This document shows, piece after piece, positions 37,830-49,339 of a stretch of 62,900 bases of DNA (positions are counted from its first letter, which is position 1; the number at the start of each line of letters is the position of its first letter). A program made the translations under genes and the position numbers. Under the pieces are notes generated by a model. It was not told the origin of the DNA, ran no database searches, and saw nothing but the letters and a program-made list of their open reading frames with translations. Source of the DNA: Priapulus caudatus. Lineage: Eukaryota. Location: NCBI RefSeq assembly GCF_000485595.1, contig NW_014577082.1, positions 800,477-863,376 on the forward strand. Reading direction: 5' to 3'.

Positions 37830-38012
37830 ACGATTTTACCTTACACATTCAAGAAATCCTGCTTGATAATGCGCCCTCTTTCGGAATTCGATAAAATGTT
37901 ATTATAGGGGGCAGCATAGTCTGTATGGGATTCTTTGGTTGTGTGTGTGCGCTGCTCGCGGAATGAATCTACTCACTGTCTGGTTCTATGACTGGTGCCA
38001 GTGTTGGTAAGT
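37830..38012. promoter_or_regulatory. Probable bidirectional promoter and first exons of GARRE1 and RPAP2
   Basis: Minus-strand donor AAG|GTAAAA at ~37839 and plus-strand donor TTG|GTAAGT at ~38007 facing apart; matching acceptor TTTTACAG at 39958 just upstream of the RPAP2 ATG. Confidence 0.5.
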
Positions 38013-38140
38013 CTACATTATATTCTGTTCTCAGCTTCCGACATCCATCACGGAGGTGTGTGACGTTTGCGTATTTTTCATGTTTCCCCATTTTGGGGAG
38101 TTTTACTGTTCTTGCTGTTCCCGAGGTTTTGCCATGTTGG

Positions 38141-38595
38141 TTTTTAGCTCATCTGACATAGTCAGATGCAGCTTGTAGAATCGCTTGATCGTCCGTGCGT
38201 GCGTCAACAGTTGGGCACAAATCTTAACCGCTCGACGTACGGTCACGATATTCGGCACATCGGGGGGGATCGTCAAAACGAGTTGGGATGTCGAAGCTGG
38301 GGGTCAAAGGTCAAAGGTCAAGAGGTGTAAAAGAAGGGGGAACATTCACTCCTTAACTTAAGGTATAGGGAGGAAATGCAGAATTGCGGCACAAATCTAA
38401 ACGGCTCCACCTAGGCTTGTGATAGTCGGTGTATAGCATCATGGTAGGAAAAGCCATCACTGTGCCGAAATTGGAGGTCACAGGTCAAAGGTCAATGGGC
38501 ACAGGGCAGATTTTAGACATTTTCTGAGGACATGGTCTGACGGAGCGATTGGAAAACTTTTTTGTTTCAGCGGTGACCTAGCATTTTTATGGCTT
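38141..38595. mobile_element. Probable HINE-like element
   Basis: TTTTAGCTCATCTGAC..GTCAGATGCAGCT hairpin, short (GTGC)n, repeated GGTCAAAGGTCA motifs, 3' GCGGTGACCTAG. Confidence 0.5.
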
Positions 38596-39323
38596 TATTG
38601 AAAGGACCATGAAATGTCCCTTCTGCTGACATGCGAAGAGTAAGTGTCGGATAACCTTTTGACCCTCAAGAGGAGGGTTAAACATGGATTTGTTGACTGT
38701 CTGTTAGAAAGAATTTGACTGCCGGGTTTGCTAGTAGAATCTATACATGCCTGGATGTATGAGGCTACAATGTCACAGTGAAATTTCAAAAGCTAAATTT
38801 GGTTAAAGAAGGTTTATGCTCCTTAAATCGTATAATTTATATGGCATTCTGTAGTGTCAGTATGTTACATGTAACGCATGCCACTGCCACTGCCAGTGGC
38901 TGCTGCCAGTGCAATGAGTGCATGTGTTGGGGCAGTTTTTGCCTGCGTTAATTTGTTGCAGGTGGCAGCTCTCTATTTGCAGCCTGTAGGCTTGCGTAGG
39001 TAAATGGATGAGTGCTTACCTAATCTGTCTTGCAAATAGTTGTTGCTACTACGAATGATGGGAGCTTCCATCTTTAATCTGAAGACACTTAAACGTATGC
39101 GCCATCTCGTGGCAACTTTCATAACGATCCCAACGAACATTCTTTTGAGAAGGTTCCTGATACCATCTCTGTGCATTCCACTATTTCGGCGTGTATGTGA
39201 ACACATTTGGGACTAACAGGGTTTACTAGAATCCCACCACTCCACCACAGAGTCACCGCAGTAGACGTTAGATGAGCGCTGTCGCTATGCGGCACTTGTT
39301 TCTGGTGTTTTTCTGGTTCTTTT

Positions 39324-39567
39324 GCTGAGACTATGTCCCGCGGGGTACTGCCGGAGCGTACCCTGGGTACGGTCCCTGGTACTATCTAATATGCCGGACC
39401 GTACCTCGCCTACTCCACTAACGAGTCTAGGGAGTCGCCTACGCCTACTCCCTAACCCTAATCCTAACCCTAACCATATCAAATAGTGACCAGGGTACGT
39501 TCCGGTATACCGGACCGTACCCAGGGTACGTTCCGGCAGTACCCTGGGGGACATAGACCCTATGAGC
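39324..39567. mobile_element. CCCTAA-bearing MITE (family of 11077-11625)
   Basis: GCT...AGC termini, perfect 9-bp TSD GGTTCTTTT (39315-39323, 39568-39576), internal CCCTAACCCTAATCCTAACCCTAACC. Confidence 0.85.
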
Positions 39568-40014
39568 GGTTCTTTTCTATGCACGGACTTTGTATTGCTG
39601 AGTAATAGTAATACTAATACTGTAATAGTAATAGTATTAGTAATGGTAATGCTATGACTATGCGTATGAGTATGATGTTATATTTTACATCTTTTATACA
39701 CCAAGACATGTTTAACAGTTTTTGCGCAAGTGTGCGATTTCTGTTGAGGAGTATAGGTGTGCCTGGTTATTAATTATGCTGTGGTTGATTTTAACTGCAC
39801 AATCTAGATAATATGATGATATAGAAACTAGTTTGTGTGTTCTGTTCCAGTGTACGTGTTTGTTCAAATAAATTTATACTAATATGACTTAAATATCATT
39901 GAACACTGTGAAAGAAGGCCTGAATCTCATGTAATAATATATAACTTGCATTTTACAGATCAGTGTATTCGTGGTCACGTCGCCACTTGCTGAGCAGAAG
40001 GCTTGTGTCCAGCC

Positions 40015-42024
40015 ATGTCGCATAACAGGAAGACGATAGATCCCAAAGCCATTGAGACAAAACGAGAGCAGATAAGAATTGCACTGCAGCAGAAGCAGGA
40101 CAGTTTGAGTAACGCTCAGCGTATCATTGAGCGGCTACTCGATGACCCGATCACCGACGATTTCCTCAAGGATTGCGCTCGATTTCTTGAACCGAGACAC
40201 TACGACGATGTGGTGGATGAACGCATGGTCGCCAAGCAGTGCGGATATCCGTTATGTTGTGACAAACTTAGAGATATTCCCAAGCAGAGGTATCACATTT
40301 CGGCTACGTTGAACCGAGTCTACGACTTGACGGAGCGAAGGAAGTTCTGCAGCAATGCTTGCTACAAGGCATCCATGTTCTACAGAAAGCAGTTGCCTAC
40401 AACTCCCGTGTGGGTGAGGGGGAAGGAACCTGTTGATGTTCCTATCGAGCTTCTACCTATTACTAAGAAAGCTAAGGATGTTGTTATTAAGGGTGAAGAT
40501 GTAATCTGGAACAATACTTCCGACGAAACCAAGCCACTGACAATTCCCAACCTTAGTGAAGAGTTCAAGCAAACGTCAATATCAGGTGAGATGAAGCACA
40601 TTCCTTCAAAACCTATCGCAAATGAGCAGAATAAAAGTCCTAGACATGAACTATCTACAAAGACACCCGTGTCGGAAACGAGTTATAGACAGCAAAGTAA
40701 TAAGCAGTTACAGTTTGGTGCCAATGTCGGAAAAACTGATGATAACAATTTGTCTGTGGGTGAAATACTAACTGTTGACATAATGCCATCCATGGAAGTC
40801 GTACCTAAAAACTGTTTAGGCCAAAGTCATGGTGACACAACAACTGTTGACAATGCTACAGCTATGCTCAACGAAGTTTCCAATGTGATTCGTTTACAGC
40901 CTGATAACATAGATGGGGCAGCAGGTGGTGATAAACGACAGAGTACCGAAGATGGTAGACTTAAGGCGCCTTCTCTAAGTTGTGGTGAAGCTGCAGCTGG
41001 TGATTCGCCTCAGACTGACATAGATATTGTGAAATCTGCAGCTGGCATGAAGAACCAAGACTTGAAAGCTCAGACAGTACAGCAGTCCCATCAGAAAACA
41101 GCACAGCAAAGAAAGGTGAAAATGATAGATGCCCCTATGCTGCAACCAAAGGGAGCTACTAAACATGTCATAAAGCCAAAAGCAGACAATCTTTCGGCAG
41201 TGGTAAAACGCAATGTGCAAGAGTGGTGGACCGAATCCTCACACCAGTTTGTTGTAAAAAGTGACCAATCAATCCCTCTGCAGATTGAAATTCCACCGAT
41301 TGAAAACGAAACTGCAGTGGCAGGTCATCCAAAAATACTTGAACAATCACCAAAGGAGGCTGTTCAGTTGAAAGCTCCATCACACTCCGAGAAAGAAGAA
41401 TTTAGCAAGGCTCCTTTGACTTCAATAAAAATTCAGCCCGACGTGGCTTCAGTCAAAGCTGCAGACTTTCCCAGTGAAAGATGCACAATGCCTACATGTC
41501 TTCCACACCACGATGCAGGAGAGTTTTCAGTGCTCCCACCCGTTGACTCGCATTTACATATGGCGCTGCGACGAAAAATTGTCTTCGAGAAGCTCTCCGG
41601 GTGCATAAAGGAGTGTTTGCCTGTAGGCATCACCATATATAGTGTGATGGGTGACTTGAAATGCCTCGTTGCAACGTTCAATCTCACGAGTCACAACGTC
41701 ATGTTGCACCCGCGGCAATGCATGATCACGTCCGTCGCCATCTTGAAAATTCTCGCCAGCCGGCGAACGGACATCGCGAAGGCGCTCGACTCGCTCGCGG
41801 CACGTCACTACGTTGAAATGTTGCTCGAGCAGGAGGGCACCACCGTGGAAGCTGTCGAGGCCATCGTTGCATCTGTGCTGCCGCCAAAAACGACACCCGA
41901 CAGTAGCGCGGAATACGTTGGAGAAACACGTTTGCACGACGCGACGCTGTACCTCACCGGCGATGACGGAGAGGAGGATGAATGCTTAGTGGACATTGAT
42001 CAGTACGAGTCTGAACTGGATTGA
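40015..42024 (+). CDS. RPAP2: RNA polymerase II CTD phosphatase RPAP2/Rtr1 homologue, single coding exon (669 aa)
   Basis: HYDDVVDER...CGYPLC...KQRYHIS...VYDLTERRKFCSNACYKAS zinc-finger; C-terminal LPPVDSH...LRRKIVFEKL and LVATFNLTSHNV; ATG in GCCATGT context at 40015. Confidence 0.93.
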   Translation: MSHNRKTIDPKAIETKREQIRIALQQKQDSLSNAQRIIERLLDDPITDDFLKDCARFLEPRHYDDVVDERMVAKQCGYPLCCDKLRDIPKQRYHISATLNRVYDLTERRKFCSNACYKASMFYRKQLPTTPVWVRGKEPVDVPIELLPITKKAKDVVIKGEDVIWNNTSDETKPLTIPNLSEEFKQTSISGEMKHIPSKPIANEQNKSPRHELSTKTPVSETSYRQQSNKQLQFGANVGKTDDNNLSVGEILTVDIMPSMEVVPKNCLGQSHGDTTTVDNATAMLNEVSNVIRLQPDNIDGAAGGDKRQSTEDGRLKAPSLSCGEAAAGDSPQTDIDIVKSAAGMKNQDLKAQTVQQSHQKTAQQRKVKMIDAPMLQPKGATKHVIKPKADNLSAVVKRNVQEWWTESSHQFVVKSDQSIPLQIEIPPIENETAVAGHPKILEQSPKEAVQLKAPSHSEKEEFSKAPLTSIKIQPDVASVKAADFPSERCTMPTCLPHHDAGEFSVLPPVDSHLHMALRRKIVFEKLSGCIKECLPVGITIYSVMGDLKCLVATFNLTSHNVMLHPRQCMITSVAILKILASRRTDIAKALDSLAARHYVEMLLEQEGTTVEAVEAIVASVLPPKTTPDSSAEYVGETRLHDATLYLTGDDGEEDECLVDIDQYESELD

Positions 42025-43723
42025 TGGAGATCGAAAGCAGTGACCACCGGCTGGCTACTTTTCTACCTGTGTTCATCGATCATTCAGTAATAAACCGATA
42101 CCAACTCTATAGAAGAAGACAAGAACTTGAAGAAGTATACATGAATAACATAAAATAGGACTGCTAAACGATTCTGAATAGTCATTGAGAGTGACACCTA
42201 TAACATGCAGTAGCCTCCTCCACCTAACGAAGCTTTATAGCTCAATGGATATAGAATTCAACGTTTATATATATGTATTACGATACAATGTACAGATTTA
42301 TTCGGCTAAATACATTTTATCACATCCTGCAGTATATACAACAGCTGAGCTGAAACTCTAGAACAGCAACATGGAGACATGGCTGCACAGCATCAAAATT
42401 GTGGCACTTGGCAGATGCAACGCAAAAATAGGTATATGTGTCTGGCAATTTTGATATCTTTCATATCAAAATATATTATGATATATTCTAGAAATTAGGA
42501 TTTCAATAATAATTCTCAAAGTTTTTTTTATATATATGTACATAATAAGATTCAAGGTTAATGCAATGAGCACTGTGCATTGCGTAAACGAATGACGGAA
42601 ATATGCATAACTTTTATATAACAGTAAAATGTAACACTGACATAAAGCAACTTATATATTCATAATTATGGTGGGTTGATGTTTCATTTTAAGTGACACT
42701 GACTTCATAGAGGTGATTATGAACTGTCCTCGTGCAAATTTTGAAATTCATAAATAAACATGCACATTACAAATGAAATAAAACAATGTAAAAATTACCA
42801 GATGACTTTTTTACAAGTAAAACCGTATCATACACGCATCTAGTTCTAGACTATAATCTGCAATGCTCACATAAATATCTCAAAATTTAATGTACAAAAT
42901 GAGACATTTACATATTGTAATCTTTGTGACATCGTTCAGTGCCAGACGATATGGCTGAGCATAATATGGCACTTGGCTTCAGATGTAAGCACAGGTGCAT
43001 GCGTAATACTAATACTAAAAATATATCACTACTAAAAATGTACATTGAAGCAAAATACTAAACATTTCAAATGCTTATTTCAAACGCTTCTATCTAATAA
43101 AGCTAATTCCAGCTAAATCTGCATTCTTTGTGTCCATTTTAAAAACTTCCTTCACAACATACGTTTACCTTTCTTACAATATCGACATCTTGGCCTGAAA
43201 ATGCCTCGTCAAAATCGTCTTTAACCTGCATACAATTGCATCTACCAATAACACCAATTGTGACCTGTAATCTACATTGCCGTGGAAACTATATTGCCAG
43301 AGCAGCTCGGTCGAGAAAAGGTAACAAACCAGTATAGTAGTTTGCAATTTGTCAAATTAAAATCTTAATCCACTATTTGCAACAAAGATAAACGTTGTTA
43401 AGGAAAATAACCATAGATCTCTAACTAGTATATTATTTCTATGGTTAGAACACACCAGGCAGAAATGTTGAACTGGCTACCAAGTTGTGGTAGACAGGAG
43501 CTTTTGAAATGAGCAGAATATCTGTACCTTGAATTTGTATATTTTTAGTTGTGATATATTTGTGCTAATACAGATATGATGCATGGGCATTCTTTGCTGA
43601 TATAACAAATGCAACATCATTTATCTGCTAATTTCAATAATTTAGTATCCTTTTAGACAGTGCATGCAATACCCCCTTTACGCTTACTTCCATTGCATCT
43701 CTCACTCTTCCCCAATTTCTTTT

Positions 43724-43767
<44 letters not shown>

Positions 43768-44489
43768 GTATATAACAGAATATGGTAGAATAACTTGCAC
43801 CCCTCATTAACAAACGTTAGTGAATACAAAGTTGCGCCAATAACATAAATAGCAGTATGGCTAGGAAAATCCCACATACGTTATTGTGTCTAGATCCTAC
43901 TGCACTGCGAAGGAGAGCAGCAAAAAAAACTCCAATCCACCTAAAGTGTTTACAGTGTCACTAGACAGGTATAGTCAAACCTTGTAACAACAATAACCCC
44001 ACGTTTCATCTGGAAGAAATTGGTAACGGATGGTGTTCTTATAAATAAGATTCAACTTCATTAAAATTATAGTTTTTCTTATATACAGCCAAGTGCTAGA
44101 GCTGGCTTTATCACAAGATTGCTTTCTACTGACTACATAGCCTCGGATAATTTGTACATATGAAGGAAACTTGAGGATTTTGACACTATAAAATGGAACT
44201 AGCATTGCAAATGAGTAGAATAGCTACAAAATTAGAATACCTGATATCCCCTGTTATATTAAAACGCACTCTAATTTGCACGTACTAGTTTGCTCGTCTT
44301 TACCAGCATCACACTTATCGAATTTAATTATGTTAAAGTTTTATCTGTTCCTGCTAAATTTTTAAAGAGAAAAACATGAAAAACGTGTTTGCTACACTAG
44401 AACTGACCTACTTCACTAATAGCAGGCTTTTGCTGGTTATTTCTCCTAATTGATGAATGACCTCCTCCTAATTAGTTGGCTGCAATCAC

Positions 44490-47400
44490 TCATTTATCCT
44501 TCCTTGCATCGAGCAAAGGCAGTTCAGTGGCGCTCTCTAGCAGACGGTATGCTGTCGAGGTTCGTCGGGTAAACAACGTGACACCGGACGTGTAGGCGGC
44601 CGGGATTTGCACGTGGGTCGTTAGAAGGCGTCTTTGGCCTGGCAGATGGGCCGACACGGTCTCTCGCAATGCATTCACCACCTGACCTGCATGATCAAGA
44701 ACTCAACACTGTACCAGAACATGGATGAAGGAAGGCGGATGTCACAATAGTTCTGCATTAGGCAAAGAAGTACGACGTTTGCATTCACGGCATTTGATTA
44801 AATTACACCATCGTTATCAACGTACGCACACATCCATGCACGTAAACACATAGTGTTGCTGGAATCACTGTATAAACAGTATCGGGAAAAAAAAATACAC
44901 AGGCGATATGAGTGATATCTATATATACAATATACGCGAGTATATATAATATAATATAGTGAGTATATATGATATATGCTCTTCAAACCTCCGAAATCGC
45001 TCCCGTGAGGCTCAAAATAGCTCCCGTAAAATTTTTGATGAGAGCTAGTTTTTCCCCAGACTTTTGAAAAAGAGCTCCCGTGAAAAAAAGAGAATTTTTT
45101 CCCTGGACAGTATATGTCTAGATATTTAGAAAACTTCCAAATGTTGCTGACTTTTCTGTCAACTATTGGATTATTTTAAGTTCACACACAACCTGTGCAC
45201 GAACGAAGTGAACGAAAGGAATGACAGAAATCACAACAGACTAAACGACATCTCCAAAGTGGCGTGCTTACCTAACACGTTCATCTCGCGCCACCTGGCG
45301 TCGTGGTGGGTGATGAGCCGACAGAGATTAAGGTCCTCACACCATCGCTTGATGACGTCCTCACTGCGAATGAGTAGCGTTGACTCGCTGCATAGTTGTT
45401 TCTGCAGCACCGATTCCTGCTCGCACTCTAGCGGGTTAGTCAGGTAGATGCCTGAAACACATCCAGCGGTACGAGCCCATCGTGACTCAGAGCAACTTTG
45501 CAATCACTTACTCGCACTACTAGTTCCACTACTACTATCAATACACTGTCAATACACATATTTTTATAGGCGATGATGAGGATAGCTCTTCGAAGAATAG
45601 TCCATTCAACAATGTGAACTGTGATTAGAGAATTTTGCTATAGTAATCAGTAATCTAATAGTTTGGTTCATCACTACAGTTTCTTCCGTTGGTGCTGGCA
45701 TGGCTAGCATGACTTACTATTCAGAAAATGCTAAACATGACCCCATGAACTAGTAAATTTTTGACTTAATAAGTAGTAATAAGAAATCATAATAAAACCA
45801 ATATTATTGATGTGATGTGATTGAGTTTGATATTTGTTCTTAGTCATTTGAATTTAAGTTGATTTTTGTATACATGTAATAAGTTTTTTTTTTACCTTGT
45901 GGTCCCACACCATACACCATCTGATGGTGCCAAGCATCAGGTATGGGTTGCCCGGGGGTGACGGCTTTTTGTAGATTAAGCGTACACAGCGGTACAACTC
46001 CTGTGAAGGTAAAACTGACTTCATTACACTTGTAAGTAAAACACAAATGTAAACAGTAATGAGCAAAATCTAGAAGGAGAACAATTATGCAGAAAAGTGC
46101 TTGCCTCGTGCAATCCAGTAGGCAAGCCAGTGCGTCAAGTTGAAACGCCGAGGCGGAAACATTGGGAAAAACCTGCCATATACAGCGCCATCTGTCAATT
46201 CACTCAGACCATCTAGTAGTGCTTCATGGGTGGCTCCTGTAAGTATGTACAGGCATATTATATTGGAAATAATTAAAAACGTATCACATTTTGCTTGTAC
46301 TTTAAAGGTAATGTGAGCAAATATATAAAGAATGTGCAAGTATATACAAGTATTCAGAATTCCACAGAAACCTTTATATGTGATAATATACCTCATCTAT
46401 AAAATCATACATAATTTGACACTACAAATGTGTTTGAGTGTAGTAATTTTTTTTGTACACTAAGAACATTTACAGCCAACTTCAGGGTTCATAGTAGTAA
46501 GGCACATGTTGAAATAAGGACTTATAAGACCCTTTCTGGAGGCCAAAATAAGACTTTTTTACGCGATTTCTGATAGATCACCGACTATTAAAGTACACTA
46601 ATAATATTTATATACACAATTGCACAGCAGATTTAATTATTTCGTATTATATATATACAACAATAATATAAAAAATAAAGGCTATTAAGTACTTTTCTAA
46701 GATTTCACCAAAAATAAGTACTAATAAGGACCCTTATTTTATTTTTGGCAAAATAAGTACTTATAAGACTTTGGAAGACCCGCTACGAACCCTGAACTTG
46801 AGTTGTAAACTTGTTGCTATTCCCTTACAACCTTACCTGCCACAGAGCGCGAAAACAGGTACTGAGGTATCGGTGCTGTTTCTGCTCGCTGCCGTGTTAC
46901 AATTTTGCTGACCACTGTCTCCGTAGGAATTGAAAACTCCAGTGCACGCTGCAACATTATTATAAATTGTCCTTTACATATAATCTACTCTCAAGTGATA
47001 TTTCCTATCACTGAACTGTTTACATCATCAATTCTATCTTTGCTGAATATCACATGGTTGTTGTCTAGTGATTTCTGAGGTTAATAGGCCGAGTCTAATT
47101 AGTTTCGAGCTAAAAATAAGAAAATATCTTTACTATTTTTAGTTCAGAACAGTTGACTTTACACCACACACTTATTGGACTTCCGGATTGACAGATTAAT
47201 TTGGAGAATCCAAGGAAATTTAAGATATAACGATTCTCTCATTTCAAGACCGTAAAGTGAATTCGCATCCTGCATATTCCAAGAGCACTACATTATGAGA
47301 TAGTCTACATACTGACGGGTAATGTCGACAAATCGTCTCATTTCACTCACCAGTACGTTGAGCACAGCCGTGGCACCGCACGCAGATTTCCCAATCTGGT

Positions 47401-49339
47401 TCACCTGGAAGCTGTACGCCTCTTGTTCGCTCCACAGCATCACCGTCTTCGCACAGTGGCTCATCGACAAGCAGTCGTTGGGCTCCTCCTCCTTATCCTC
47501 CTTCAGATACGCGTCCAGCTCCTCGTAGATGTGCTCCTTGCTCGGCGGCCGCAGGTCCCCACACCGCGATGACAGCATCAGGTTGCCGAGCAGGAGCCCC
47601 TCATCGAAGCTCTTGCTCTTGATCGGGGGGCGCAGCCGGTAGGTGAGGTGGCACGGCTCGGCGGCGGTGGCGCGGCGGAACACGTCGCGCGTCTCGTTGC
47701 CGCGCGAGCTTACGCTCTCATAGCTCTGGCTCTTCACGAGCTGGCTGCGGGCGAGGAGCGGGGAGGAGGCGTCCGAGAGGGAAGGCACTTGCATGTAGGA
47801 GAGGTCGTCGTCGTCATCGTCGTCGTCATCATCGTCGTCGAGCTGCTCAACGGAACACGACGTCGTGCACACGTCGCAGGAGCTCGGAGCGCTGTCCGTG
47901 CGGCGCCCCGCCACGTTCGCCACGACACACGTATCGTCATTGTCGTTCTGGTCAACGTCGATGTGGGGGCGCTGCTCGACGCCGACGACGCACTTCTGCG
48001 CGGGACATTCCCGGCGGTGCACATCGCTCGTGTTGTCGACGCCACGTTGTGTATGATTATCACAAATTTCAGCACAGTCTGGCGCGCCGAGCGCCGAGTC
48101 CGACGAGGCTCCGTTTCGCGCGTCCTCGTGACTCTCGTCGCCGCGCGGATAGTCGAAACTTGCCAGGCAGTCGTCGTCGTCGACGGCTTGGAAGTCAAAC
48201 TCGAGGAAGTCCGGCGAATGGTCGGACGAGGCCTTGCGTCCACGCGACAACGACGCTGCCGCCGGCACCGCCGTCTGCATGTCGTCCTCGTCGTTGCTGC
48301 TGAACGCCGTGCTGTCGCTGTCCGTCTCCTCTGCCATCAGGTGCTGGTTCTCGCGCAGGTAGGCGTTCATGCCGTCGCTGCACGGCGCGGCGTCGCCGCC
48401 AGGGGGCGCCTCGCATGCGTCAGCGCATCGCGATGGCGCGCCATCTTGCTGTTGCTGACTTAGCAGGTATGCGTTCATGTGATCGATGCATTCCAGGATC
48501 CACTTGTCGCGCCACACGTTATCCGTATCGGCGCCGATGGCGTGGTTTTGATTCGGGGTCGGCAAGTGATTCCGCCGCTCCTGAGCGTTGTCGCATGGCG
48601 ACACGTTTCTGTCCTCACCGCGTGCGAGTTCCGGTGCGGTCTCGCACGCGGCGTTAGCCATTGCGCATTTGCGCTTGTCGTTTTTGCTCACAGAACACCA
48701 GCTTGGCATCGCTTTCTGTTTACATGCATTAAGATCACCATTTTCACACGTCTCCACCTGCCAGGGGTGATGATATACCATACAGTTGCTTCCAGAAATC
48801 TTGATATCTTTGGGTAAGGAGGCACCTCTTGGTTCCGACCAAGGGAGCGCACAATTAAATGGACGATGCACAGATATGCATGCCTCAACTGGCACCTGCG
48901 ATACAGTTGACAAATCAACAGGTGGATGAAAACTGTTGTTACAACACGAGATTGGCACTGTCGAGTTCTCGCCAAAAATCAACTGGCTTTCGGACCGCGA
49001 AAAACGTGGTGCCAACTTCGACGGCATGTTTGCAATGGACTCCTGGTGTGTGCCTTCATTACCTCCTTTAACGGGCATGTCACAACCTTTGCATTCCACA
49101 GACAGAGCTGCCGCAACGTAATCGTCGGTACCATCACACACTCTTCCATTCTGTGTGTGACACGCGCCGTTTAGAGGTGTCGGCTTCCTGTGGTTGTTCA
49201 GCTGGCTTTCCGTTGGGCTCTTGGGTTTTACAGCCCTCTCACGCTGCTGCTGACCGGTGCAGACTTTGGCATCCGTGAACCCTGGCTGTTCCTTTGCACC
49301 TGCTGTGGCATCTCTACTGGATGATTGGCGAGTAGACAT
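44490..49339 (-). CDS. Uncharacterised ~904-aa protein: long acidic low-complexity N-terminus plus C-terminal C39/papain-like cysteine-peptidase-fold domain; exons 49339-47351, 46948-46837, 46236-46105, 46000-45896, 45451-45272, 44686-44490
   Basis: Phase-consistent exon chain (0,1,1,1,1) giving QIGKSACGATAVLNVL...YLFSRSVAGATHEAL...GRFF...GVVPLCTLNLQ...DAWHHQMVYGV...IYLTNP...THVQIPAAYTSGVTLF. Confidence 0.82.
46483..46794. mobile_element. hAT-like MITE with 5-bp TSD
   Basis: TIR CAGGGTTCATAG / CTACGAACCCTG; TSD AACTT; internal AAATAAG repeats. Confidence 0.7.
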
